64,000 nucleotides of DNA. Origin: Squalus acanthias. Taxonomy: Eukaryota. The stretch spans positions 27,902,001 through 27,966,000 of the forward strand of contig CM059432.1 in assembly GCA_030390025.1 (NCBI GenBank). The letters are read 5' to 3'. Shown in pieces: positions 26,210-37,607 of this stretch; positions within the stretch are counted from its first letter, which is position 1; each line of letters starts with the position of its first letter. A program made the position numbers and the translations under genes. The notes beneath the pieces were generated by a model. That model saw only the letters and a program-made list of their open reading frames with translations. It did no database searches and was not told the origin of the DNA.

Positions 26210-26350
26210 CTATACGTAATACACTGCAGCCTGTGTGTCACACACTCCCGCCTATGTTTTATCCTCTGTGAGACACAATCCGGCCTGTGCTTTATCCTGT
26301 GTGTAATACACTCTGGCCTGTGTTTTACCCTCTGTGAAACACACTCCAGA
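26210..26350. repeat. Degenerate minisatellite, ~30-35 bp unit
   Basis: Repeats of acactc..gcctgtgttttatcctctgtga. Confidence 0.6.
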
Positions 26351-26356
26351 CTCTAT

Positions 26357-27200
26357 GGGCTGGATTTTGATACTGGGGACGTGATGGAGGCGGGACTCCC
26401 ACTTTTTGGGTTGTAGTCCCGCCTCCATCGACTTGTGGCCAACCCACTGCATTTTCACTTGATTGACCTTGTTGAGCCCGCCCAGTGGGCTCAGCAGGCC
26501 AATTAAGGGCCACCCGGCAACAGGTGACATCACAGATTGACATTTCATCTGTCAAGAGCTTTTGACAGATGAAATATCAGCGTTTGACAGCTCTGTGAAG
26601 CTGGCAAACACTGACAATCTGTCTTCTAACTTGAGTCCTTCCTCTCAGGCTGAGTTAGAAATCATTCCAGCACAGAAAACAGAGGCTGCAGTTTTTGACA
26701 GCACCACGGCCATTGTGCTTTCTGTGCCGGTGAGATTTCTGACTCCCGAGACCTGAAGGGCTGACACCTGCAGGAGGAAGTTAAGGTAAGCAAAACTTCT
26801 TCCCACACTTTACACTTACCTTACACACTTACCTCTGCACACATGCACTCATCACTCACCTGCCCACCGGACATATCGACCCCTCCAACCCCTGCAGACC
26901 CACGGTCCGCCTCGCTAACTTGGCGTGGTTGGGACCTGTCGGGAAGCCCACATTTCACGCATCAAAATAGGGATTAGGCAAAAAACTGCCTGTTAACTAA
27001 CAGTTAACAGGCAGTTTATTGCCACTAATCCCCTTCCCACCTCGGGGAGGCGGGTCCCAGCACAGGTCGGGTACCCGCCTCCAGCGAAACTGGCATGGAG
27101 GCGGGTTGGGGGCGGGATGGGTTCGGGACCCCCAAATCTGCAACTTTAACCCCCCACACGCCTCCAAACCCGCCTCCACGGGTCAATGAAAATCCAGCCC
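26357..27200. mobile_element. Harbinger-type non-autonomous element
   Basis: Perfect 12-bp TIR gggctggatttt / aaaatccagccc, with repeated ggaggcggg subterminal motifs. TSD not conserved. Confidence 0.7.
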
Positions 27201-28007
27201 AAAGTATGCTTGTACTCATGTAGTGAATTGGTTAACTAGTATGGGGTACACAAGTTTCTCTTTCTCTCTCATCAGCTCTGCCAGGTTTTGACAATAGACT
27301 AAATAACAAGCCTTCTGTTTGCAAAGTCTCCCGAACTGCCCAGTCCCTACTGTCCCACTGTAAACCATGTTGGGGTCTATATGCCCCTCACTGAGTCTGG
27401 ATAATCTTTTCATACATTGTCCATACATCCAGAACAATGACTTATGGGTAAAACAAATGCTGACACCACATTTCAAAGTACCAGCCCTTTCCAGGCTCTG
27501 TGTATGACACACTAAAATTATGAAAATACGATAAATTTAATGGCAAATAATTATTAGGAATAATATAAGTAACAGAAGACACTAAAGAGGGTGCAGAACT
27601 TTTTTGTCTGTTATTTATCCCCTCTATTTTCTTCCCCTTTTCTCTCCCTCCTCTTCAAATGGAGGTCACCCGAGCTGAAACACTTGCCTCTGAGTCAGAA
27701 GGTCGTGAGTTTAAGTCCCATTCCTTGAGCACATAATCTAGGCTGACACTTCAGTGCAGTACTGAAGGAAGGCCATTCGGTCCATCAAAATCCATCCCTC
27801 AATTACAATATCTTTCCCTTTGTGGCATCTAATTGTACTTTGAATAAGCAATGTTTTTGTCACTATTTCTTTGCTTGGTAGATTATATCAAACAGTTCTC
27901 TCTCTTTTAAGTCTTTACTTCTATCTTTTTTAAAATTTGTTTTCCCATTTACCTCCTCAGGCCCGACTGTCTTAGGATAAGTAATAATTTGAGTTTTCCA
28001 TATCTGT

Positions 28008-30200
28008 GCCTAGAAATTGGGCATCGCCAAAAACCTGCCGATGTTACCGTGGCCTCGGGTTTACGGCCACTGAAAATGGCCGTAGCAGTGCTGGGCAAAA
28101 ATTCATGCTGGGGGCTGGAGATTTGTAGCACAGCGCTAACTTACTGTGCAATGCCCTCCTGGTGGCGTTAGTGGAGGCATCCAACCCGAAGATCCCATCC
28201 AGGAGCGGCGTTACAGCCTCTGGGAGTGAGGCTGTGGAGTTTGCAATGAATTGTGGGCAATTAAAAGGGCTATGAATTAAAGAGCCAAGGCATTCAGAAC
28301 TAATACAAATTTAAATCAAGTGAAAAAATGTTTTCAGCTCTTACTGCTTTTCAAAAGCAAATTTACTATTAAAAAGATGTCCCAAATGGGAGTCTTCAGC
28401 TTTCAAAGCTGAATCCCCTTCCGAACCTCAAAAAATGGGAAAAGTGCTTCAGCACTAACACAAATGGCTCAGTAAGCCAGGGAAGAGGCACCCAGGGTCT
28501 CACACACAGCACTCCAGCTTTGTGCAGGGGGTCAACACTGTAAGAGAGGTCCTCTACCCATAGGGACGAGGAGGCCCTCCAGAAAGAAGGATGTAGGACT
28601 GCATCACCAAGGCTCCAGCACCTGGCTCCAGTGCCCAAAGAAGCTTCATGACCTCAGACCACTGGTCAAGGTCAGTGAATGCATCTTCAAAAGCCATCTC
28701 CTACCAACTGCATCACTAGCCTCACACACTGCTCAATGCACAACCCTCCACCCCCAATCACTCACCTACCAACAATCTGTACCAATCACAAGGCACATCT
28801 CCCATTCCTAGCTTCACCTCACCCCCTTGGAAGAGACAGTGCTGGCCATTCTTGGTAGGGCCATGGCTGAGTCCTTGGCCAGCGGCGGGGATGAAAGGAT
28901 GCAAGGTGCTGGCATCCTCATACGTTATCCTCCTTCTGGCATGCAGCTCTTGCTTTTCCCCCCTCCCCTCACCACAACTCCACCCTTGTGCCTTCCTCAT
29001 TTGACACACCCAAGAAATGCAGCCTGCCCAGCCAGTGGTTGACCAAGAAGAGGGAGTGGAACGTGAGGAAGAAGAAGTAGAAGAGGATTGATTTGACACT
29101 CCCAGCCACCAGCTCCTCAAGGTCAACCAGCAAGGCCATTTGCATTTTCCCCCCTGAAGGTCAGCAGCCTTCCACCAGCCACTGAGGTAGCACTGTGTGA
29201 CATCACTAGGATAGGCAAAGGCACACACAAGACAATAGAATGCATAAGGGTGATGAGTTATTTTCTTGATGTCATATTGGATGGATAGATGTATAAAGTT
29301 GGATTGGAAAGTTTGATTTGTGGTGGCTTTTATTTCAGCATCGTGGCCAAGAGGACACTGTGATGGTCAGTTACAGAGGGAAGGTAAGGTGTGGGACAAA
29401 TGTTGAAAGAGGAATTGGGGTTGTGGTCACTGGTACTGCAGGTGGATCATTCCATCCCTGGATATCCTGGCCAGAAAGGGGCTGTCTGGGTTGCATCCTT
29501 CCTTCTGCTTCCTCCTCTTCTGCTTCCTCCTCCTTGGCTTCTTCCTCTTCTGTTTCTTCTGTGTCTTCCACTTCCATCTGCGAGCGGATGCTGTAAATCT
29601 GAAGTGCCAGCATAAAATGCTGGAAATACTCAGCAGCTCAGGCAACATCTCAACCTGAGACATGAACTCTCTTTCTCTCTCCACAGATGTTGCCTGACCT
29701 GCTGAGTATTTGCAGCATTTTCTGTCTTCCTTTATATCAGAGGCCTTGCAAGCGTCCAGCAGCACTCCCTACACATTTAAAAAACTTTTAACACTTATTG
29801 TAGCAAGCCACTACTTCAATAAAATCAAAAAAACCCAGTCCGAAAGTTTAATTACAAACTTACCTGAAAGATGTGTGTGTCCCTTTAAGAGGTGCTGGCA
29901 GAGCCTCTGTCAGTGTGCTTGCACGCTGGGTTTACCTGGTGTGCTTAGGACCCAGCACTGAACTTAGGGCTAGGTTCAAAGTTCGCCGTGGTGATGTTAA
30001 GTCAGTATTGCACACTGACTGACGTCACCACTCCGCCTTTTTTTTGCAGGGCGCTACTTAAGAACGGCAGCGCTACCGGGACCTTCGAAAATGGAAGATG
30101 CTGCGGGACCCGCCACCAGCTGGCGGAAGAGCGGCGTGTGCCGCTTTCTTGACATTACGCTGCACTAACAGGTGGCACTAAGATAGGGAATTTCTCCCCC
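28008..30200. mobile_element. Old, deleted Harbinger copy with Myb (+) and transposase C-terminal (-) remnants
   Basis: Right TIR gggaatttctccccc. A Myb exon-1-like remnant (aagcttcatgacctc..ggtcaaggtcagt) lies at ~28500-28680, and an acidic transposase-like tail on the minus strand at 29370-29600. Confidence 0.5.
29614..29721. repeat. Short inverted Penelope-type remnant
   Basis: Arms aaaatgctggaaatactcagcagctcaggcaacatct / agatgttgcctgacctgctgagtatttgcagcatttt. Confidence 0.6.
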
Positions 30201-30875
30201 TAGATCTCTGGTGGCATTGATCCTGTGCAGTCAGAGGATATGCAGAAGTGTGACAGGAAGTATGTCTGATGCTTACAGGAAGTGCTCACTATTAGTAATA
30301 TTTTAATTGTATTGCAAATAAGAAAAATATGGGATAGAAACAGGAGTAGGCCAGTCAATCCCTCGTGCCTGTTCCGCCATTTAGTTAGATCATGGCTGAT
30401 CTGTATCTTAACTCTATTTATCCACCTTGGTTCCATGGGGGAAAAATTCAGTTGGTTTGCGCCTCCCGTTAGCGCCTTAAGAGGGCGCTAATGGGGCGCA
30501 AAGCAACTAGCGCCCGGGCACGGCAATATCTGCGCCGCTCGCAAAATTGACCAGACATTTTGCGATGACGCTAAACAATACCGCCCCGATCTCCTGCGCA
30601 CGCAGATCTTGACATCATTCGAGCGTGCAACACCCTTGTGGCACCCCGGAGCGGATATTGAGTGGCACCCTCCTCCTTTCCGCCTGGCGCAAGTAACGAC
30701 AGGTAGACTGGAACGTTTCCCAGTCGCTGTGGGGCTAGGGGGGCACTATTTAAACGCGGCCTCTTCCTGGCTTTTTCTGTGGTAGACATTTTTGCACCAC
30801 TCGTTCTGACAGAGAGAGATTCTGAGAGAGAGAAGGAGAGACTTCTACATAGAGTCAACACTGTGTGAAGTAGTT

Positions 30876-32105
30876 TTGGCTACTGAGCATCACTTTGCAG
30901 GTACTTTTGTTTTTGACCTTCATTACTTTGATTGCCAAGAGACTGTGGGGGCTGCACTGATTGGGGGCGTCGTCCTGCACCTGCAGATTCGGAGGCAACA
31001 GAGACGCAGAGAGAGAGTGGCAATCATGGCCAGACGGAGGAGGGCCAACAGGCCTCTGTACAGGAGACCTTACCCTCCCAGGGTATTTCGCCAACAATTC
31101 TCCTACATTAATATGTCTGAGGAGCAGTGTTTGCGAAGGCTGCGCTTCAGCAAGGAGGCGGTCACTGAGCTCTGCCACCTGCTGCAGCCAGATCTGCAGC
31201 CTCTACTGAGGACCAGGACGTCTCTGTCGGTGGCAGTGAAGATCACAGTGGCTCTGAACTTTTATGCCACCGGCTCCGTTCAAGCAGCTACTGGGGACAT
31301 CATCAATATCGCCCAGTTCGCTGTCCGTTGCTGCATCCGTCAGGTCACAAATGCCCTCTATAAAAGGAGATGACAGTACTTCTCTTTCCCGATGACCCGG
31401 GCCAAACAGCATGAACGCGCATTGGGCTTTGCGAGGATAGCAGGCTTCCCCATGGTGCAGGGCACCATTGACTGCACGCATGTGGCATTGTGTGCACCGC
31501 ATGAGAATGCAGAGGATTTCCGCAACCGAAAGGGATTCCACTCCTTAAACGTCCAGTTGGTCTGTGACCACAGACAGCTGATACTCGCTGTCAATGCCCG
31601 CTATCCTGGCAGCAGCCACGATGCATTCATCCTGCGCCAGACTGCTGTGGCAGACCTTTTCCAGGCACCGCATCACCCAAGTGGTTGGCTTCTCGGGGAC
31701 AATGGTTATCCACTGTGCACCTGGCTGATGACACCGCTCCCTACCCCCAACACCCCTGCTGAGCTGCGGTACAACGAGAGCCATCTCGCCACCAGGAATA
31801 TCGTTGAGCACACGATTGGCGTGCTCAAGCAACGGTTCCGCTGTCTGGACCACTCAGGAGGAGCCCTGCAGTACTCGCCTGAGCAAGTCTCCCTCTTCAT
31901 AGTTGTGTGCTGCATGCTGCATAACCTGGCAATCCTCAGGACCCAGCCAATGCCACCAGGTCTTGGAGCACCACCGGAGGAGGAGGAGGAAGAGGAGGAG
32001 GAAGAGGAGGAGGATGATCAGCAGCAGCACCAAGGCGGGAGGGAGGCCTACAATGTTGAAACTGGAAGGGCCGTCCGTCAACGGCTGATAGCAAGCCGCT
32101 TCTAG
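30876..32105 (+). pseudogene. Harbinger DDE transposase (HARBI1-like) with one in-frame TGA at 31371-31373
   Basis: ORFs 30876-31373 and 31392-32105 are in the same frame. Motifs: LRFSKE, GTIDCTH, NRKGFHSLNVQLVCD, YPGSSHDAFIL, LLGDNGYP, RNIVEHTIGVLKQRF, CCMLHNLA. The true start codon is uncertain. Confidence 0.92.
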
Positions 32106-32804
32106 GCCCCTGCTGAGGAAATGGCTTCTTCCATTGAGAACAACATGAATGAAACCAACCCGCAACCCCTAAGCCGGCCAAGGCAGCAATGATTCCAAAG
32201 ACCAAACATGTACATTTTGAATACAAAAACTTATTTATTTTACAAACTCTGTGTGTGCCATTTCCTCATGACAAACTAATAGAAAGAAACACAAAAAAAC
32301 AATCATTAACATAACTGGTTCTCACAACCTGGAGATAATGTCCAAAACACTAAACAAAAGTTTGACCACGAACCTCGGCCTTTAATAAAAAATTGACAAA
32401 CATTTTGTTACACCTCCTACTTTTTGCCCTTCGAGGGTGATCTCCTTCCCTTGCGCACTTCCCCCCTTCCCACCCTACTGCTCCTCCGTAATGGGGCCCC
32501 AGTGGCTGCAGCAAGGCTGGTGGAAAGCTGCTGATTGTCAGAACCTGAGACTGCAGATGCCCTTGAAGGACAGCCTCGACCAGCTCTGGGCCTGGAGGGC
32601 CTGACTGCAGACTGCACCAACTCTGCATGGGCGGCAGCAGTCTGGCCTACTGGCGGTGGCAAGTGCAGTGGAGAAGTGACAGTGGTGGCAGCAGGAATGC
32701 TGTCATCTTGAGAGAGTAATGCGGAGATGCCGGCGTTGGACTGGGGTGGACAAAAATGAAAAGTCGCACAACACCAGGTTATAGTCCAATAGATTTATTT
32801 AAAA

Positions 32805-32844
32805 TTACAAGCTTTCGGAGCTATCCTGCCCCTTCTTCAGGTAA
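32805..32844 (-). ncRNA. Second copy of the hammerhead-like motif (inverted arm)
   Basis: Exact reverse complement of 33648-33687. Confidence 0.6.
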
Positions 32845-33647
32845 AGTTACAATGAGTGGATCTACAAAAGTTCACAGAATATAAACACAGATACTACAGA
32901 GATACAATCTTTCCTTACATCAAAGACACACCAAGAGCACAGCCAAGACAATGAGATGTGTCCCAGGGGGTCCAACGTGTCAAATCCTGCTGTCTGTAGC
33001 CGATCTCTCTCCATATCCCTTCCTCTCTCTCCGTCTTTTTTGGGGTTTGTATTTTGTGTTTGTTTTTTTGTGTTTGTTTTTTAAAAACTGGAAAGACAGA
33101 CAACGATGTCGAGTCATGTTCTGTAGCGTGACATGAACCCAATATCCCTATTGAGGCCGTCCTCATGAGTGCGGAACTTGGCTATCAGTTTCTGCTCGAT
33201 GATTTTGCGTTGTCGTGTGTCTCGAAGGCTCGAAGGATCTGCGGGTTAGCGTTTTCCAAGGCGGCCTTCGAGACACACGACAACGCAAAATCATCGAGCA
33301 GAAACTGATAGCCAAGTTCCGCACTCATGAGGACGGCCTCAATAGGGATATCGGGTTCATGTCACGCTACAGAACGTGACTTGACATCGTTGTCTGTCTT
33401 TCCAGTTTTTAAAAAACAAACACAAAAAACAAACCCAAAATACAAACCCCAAAAAAGACGGAGAGAGAGGAAGGGATATGGAGAGAGATCGGCTACAGAC
33501 AGCAGGATTTGGCACGTTGGACCCCCTGGGACACATCTCATTGTCTTGGCTGTGCTCTTGGTGTGTCTTTGATGTAAGGAAAGATTGCATCTCTGTAGTA
33601 TCTGTGTTTATATTCTGTGAACTTTTGTAGATCCACTCAGTGTAACT

Positions 33648-33687
33648 TTACCTGAAGAAGGGGCAGGATAGCTCCGAAAGCTTGTAA
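33648..33687 (+). ncRNA. Minimal type-I hammerhead ribozyme-like motif
   Basis: UUAC-CUGAAGA-A-GGGGC-AGGAUA-GCUCC-GAAAGCUU-GUAA: both core boxes, stem II, a palindromic AAGCUU stem III region and a short stem I. Confidence 0.6.
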
Positions 33688-34780
33688 TTTTAAATAAATC
33701 TGTTGGACTATAACCTGGTGTTGTGCGACTTCTCAATCTTGAGAGAGGACAGCAACTCCCTGCTCAACCGACACACTGGCACTCCCACGGGGCAGCACCT
33801 CAGCATCCGGAGCAATCTGCTGGAGCCCAGATTGCTGGCCTGCTGCAGCGCAGTGAGAGCCCCGGGGAAATGTGTCCGAACCAGTGACAATGGCAGCAGA
33901 CAGTGCTTACGTGACCTCAATCTGAGTCTGCATGAGAGCAGTCTGAGATGGGGTCATGGCAGCCAGTGACTGAATTGCAGCACTAAGCTTTAGCGTGGCA
34001 TCCGCCTGTGCGACAGCGAAGTGCTCCACACTCCTTGCCAGTGATTCAATGCATTCGGGCACCCTTCCCACTGCACCCATGAGCTCAGTGTGCATGTCCA
34101 CCACCTGGGTGTTCATTTCAGCGATGAGCCGCTCCTCCTCTGCGTCCAGTGCAGCAGGACTCGCTGGCCTACTCTCCCTCCGGGGAGAAGGCCCCCGAGC
34201 TTCCCTACCTCCATCACATTGCTGCAGCCCGCTGGGTCCTGGAACTTCACCCTCATCAGACCCTTCCCCCCTGCTCCCCTCCAGGGAAGGCGTGTTCCCA
34301 GTGTGGGCATGGGCTTCCTTGGGAGAGGGTAGCGCTGATGCTCCGGCTTCCTCTTCCTCTTCGCCTGCAGTTTCACTCCCACTGGCAGCTTGAGGGCCCG
34401 TCTCCTCAGCTGGTGAATCACCATCTGAAAGCAGGGAGGTACAAGAGTGGCTTTAGCGTGAGGACAGGGGGGCAGTAAGGGAGGAAGGAATGCAGCGATT
34501 TAGTAAGTTGGATTGAAAGTGTCAAAGGCTGGTGTTGTGAGGGACAAGTGGAAGGAGAGAGGAGAAAAAGGTGATGACCTTACCATTGCTGTCCAGAACA
34601 GGGTCGGCATCTTCAGTGGCGATGGGACCGATCACCCAGCTTGCCACAATCCTGTGGATGCGCGCCTCAAGATCGCTGAGGGGTTGCAGCTGAGGCCGCC
34701 CTCCACCCGTCCATTGCTGCTGTCTCCTATTATGAGATAGCTTGGCCTGCAAGAAAAAGGACAGCGTCTGAGTAAATATA

Positions 34781-34997
34781 CAGCCATGGTCTTGCCTGAT
34801 GTGTCTCCCATAATTGAATAGCCCTTACTGTATGCAGCTATGGTCTTGCCTGATGTGCCGCCCATAGGTGAATAGCCCTTACTGTATGCAGCCATTGTCT
34901 TGCCTGATGTGCCTCACATAGGTGAATAGCCCTTACTGTATGCAGCCATGGTCTTACCTGATGTGCCTCCCATAGATGAATAGCCCTTACTGTATGC
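34781..34997. repeat. 4 x 54-bp tandem repeat in intron 1 of the Harbinger Myb gene
   Basis: Units start at 34781, 34835, 34889 and 34943 (cagccatggtcttgcctgatgtgcctcccataggtgaatagcccttactgtatg). Confidence 0.9.
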
Positions 34998-37607
34998 AAA
35001 GTGTGGAATGTCCTTGTGTGTTTCATGAGAGGGCCATAGGTGTTGGATGAGTGTTGGGCATTGGGGTTTTAAGACCCTCTGGCCATAGAGTGAGGTTGAG
35101 ATGGAGGGATGGAGAGGTATTGAAAAAAAGCCACTCACCCTGACGATCCGAGTGAGGTTGTTGAACTTTTTTCGACATTGTATATGGGTCCTGGGCACCA
35201 TGCTCCTGGAGGAGATGTGCTGAGCCACCTCCCTCCACACTCTTCTGTACTCGCGCAGCAAAGGCCTCCTGCCACTCTCAGGGAAGAGTATAGATCTTCT
35301 GCGCTCCACCGCGCCAACCAGAGCATCCAAGGCCCGCTCGCTGAAGTGCTGAGCTCGTTCTCTCACCCTCTCCATAGTCCTTGGCTGGAAGATTTAGGCA
35401 CCGGTCTCTCCAGGCCGAGATTCAAGTCTCCAATGAGCAGGGTGTGGCTGGAGAGCAAGATCGACCCTCCCCTTTAAGAACTGTCTGGCGCCATTGTGTC
35501 TGTGTTCCCTCGCTAACTGACAGCACCTGCGCTGCGCCCGCGCTCTGAGTTAGCACCTCGCTCCTCGGCCTTTGCGCCTTAAGACAGGTGTGTAGCGCCT
35601 GATTTAGCGCTCCACTCACCTCCAGGGGCGATAAAAGTCAAGTTTGCAGTCGGAGGCGATAATTAGCGCCAGGCGCTAAACTTTGCGCACGGCCGATAAT
35701 GGCGTCCCAAACGGGACGATACTGAAATTTCCTCCCCATATCTCTTAATACCTAACAAAAATCTATCAATCTCAGTTTTCAAATTTTCAATTAACCTAGC
35801 CTCAACAGCTTTTTTTGGGGAGAGAGTTCCAGATTTCCACTACCCTTTGTGTGAAGATGCGCTTCCTGACATCACTCCTGAACGGCCCAGCTCTAATTTT
35901 AAGAACCCCTTGTTCAGTGGAAATAGTTTTTCTCTTTCTACTCTATCAAATCCTAGAATCAATTAAACCTCGATTATATCACCCCTTGATCCTCTATACA
36001 CAAGGGAATACAAGTCTATGCTACCTGTCCTCATAATTTAACCCTTTTAGCCATGGTATCATTCTAGTGAATCTGCACTGCATCCCATCCAAGGCCAATA
36101 TATCCTTCCTGAGGTGCGATGCCCAGAACTGAATGCAGTACTCCAGAATCAACCAAACCAGAGTCTTCTACAACTGCAGCATAACTTTCACAGCTTTATA
36201 TTCCAACCCCTTGAGATAAAGGTTAACCTCCATTAGCAAGTAAAATTATTTTTTGAACCTATCAACTAGTTTTTAGCGATTTCTGTACATGGATCCCTAA
36301 ATCTCTCCGTTCCTCCACAGTTCCTAGATCTCACCATTTAGAAAATACTCTGATCTATCTTTCTTCGGTCCAAAGTGGATGACCTCACAATTCCCAATAT
36401 TGAACTCCCATCTGCCACAGTTTTGCCTACTCACTTCATCCTTCAGTGTCCCTTTGCAACTTTCTGTTCCCGTCTACACTACTTACTGTGCCACCTTACT
36501 TAGTGTTGTCAGGCTGTGAAAAGATCTTTCAGTCGCACATCCCACAAGTCTTTAAGACACAAATCACCTTTCAAACGACTGTATAAGTGGAAGCATCGGT
36601 GCTTCAGAATCTCTGAAATAATTCAGCATCAAAAGGACATGCACCATGCTGCACCTGACCGAGGAGCATTTGGCAGTGCCACCGGGTGAGAAGAGTAAAA
36701 ATAGCTTCCTTGCATTGACGTCGCTCTCACTGATAAAGCAAGTCACAAAGAAAATAACAGGTGGTAATTTTAAATAACTTCACTGATCTGTATTGGCGTC
36801 TGGTATAAATCAAACGCAAACCACTTTTCCATTACACACTTTTCAACAATGCTCGATTTGTTTACCTATATTTTGAATCCTTAATTGTACGGTTTACTTG
36901 CTACGTTGTTCTGAAACCTGTTATCAGTGTTTCAGACCATCTGTCTGATACTAGTGGGTGTACCACACCCACATAATTGACTGACAGCTCTGAAGATAGA
37001 CGAGCAAGAGTGCTACATTAAAGACTCCGTTTTGTGGGTAAAAGCAGCTTCTTCAGAGAGTTGCTGAAACAGGCGACATCTGTAGAATGTCAGCAGATTT
37101 GTTAGGCTGAAACTGTCGGCATAAAATAGCCTTGGATAGATCTAATCTTCTGACAGATACATCTACATGTTTATGCTTTTCTGTACATGTAAATAGGTCG
37201 TTGATCTTATGTCCTGGGACCCATGCTGTGGAGCCTTTTTGAGTCTTTGGTATCTTGAGCTAATAACATCTAATGTTAAACCAAGAGTCAAAGTCATGGA
37301 GAAGGTGATGTAATAGCCTTGTAGCTGAGCTTAAAAAAACAAGAGCATTGTAAGAAAGTGAAAAGAAGGAGGCGAGAGAGAGAGAGGGGAGAGAAGAGAG
37401 AAGGTCGAGCTCAACAGGCTGTGATGTGCATTCTTCTGCGGTCACATCTTTTTTAACTTCAGTGTTGGCTGTGACTATATATTGGATCATTGGATCTTTA
37501 ATAAATTGCAAGTGTTTGTCTCCAAAAATGTATCTTTGGTTAATAGGCACTGCGACCTTTGTCTATATTATTACAAAAATACACATAACTACTAAAGTAT
37601 GTTTATG

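Larger units (their letters stand above)
32717..33735. mobile_element. Penelope-like retroelement, 5'-truncated, arranged as a head-to-head inverted duplication
   Basis: Arms 32761-33229 and 33264-33731 are near-perfect reverse complements. The plus arm encodes DLRVSVFQGGLRDTRQRKIIEQKLIAKFRTHEDGLNRDIGFMSRY, a GIY-YIG C-terminal type sequence. 12-bp TSD ATCTTGAGAGAG at 32705-32716 and 33736-33747. Confidence 0.88.
32417..35375 (-). pseudogene. Harbinger Myb/SANT gene, exons 35375-35139, 34746-34584, 34424-32417; TAA at 33909-33907 and a Penelope insertion in exon 3
   Basis: MERVRERAQHFSERALDALVGAVERRRSILFP..W..RTHIQCRKKFNNL|AKLSHNRRQQQWTGGG. All junctions are GT/AG. The frame is continuous once the insertion and one TSD copy are removed. 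Confidence 0.88.
30437..35736. mobile_element. Full-length PIF/Harbinger DNA transposon (copy A)
   Basis: TIR gggggaaaaattcag / ctgaaatttcctccc and TSD CAT. Contains convergent transposase (+) and Myb (-) genes. Confidence 0.95.
30320..36510 (-). mobile_element. CR1 LINE 3' fragment (30320-30436 plus 35737-36510) split by the Harbinger element
   Basis: Joining across the CAT TSD restores the CR1 sequence tccaccttggttccat|atctcttaatacctaacaaaaatctatc. RT remnants extend to ~36510. Confidence 0.85.

Noticed and set aside
31371..31373. Programmed read-through or selenocysteine at the in-frame TGA
   Set aside because: Copy B has an Arg codon at this position. A simple point mutation is sufficient, and no SECIS is evident.
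30876..32105. Domesticated HARBI1 gene
   Set aside because: It lies within TIRs and a TSD, is paired with a Myb gene, has a nonsense codon, and has several relatives in the same window, so it is a transposon copy.
34781..34997. CRISPR-like array
   Set aside because: These are contiguous tandem units with no unique spacers, in a eukaryotic transposon intron.
36540..36760. Coding-like non-repetitive stretch on the minus strand
   Set aside because: It has no convincing splice pair and no recognisable protein similarity.
37426..37607. N-terminal hydrophobic extension of the 492-aa ORF, suggesting a membrane-anchored RT fusion
   Set aside because: It has a GTG start in AT-rich flanking DNA, and CR1 homology begins abruptly at TSVVGK. 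This is chance read-through into a 5'-truncated LINE.
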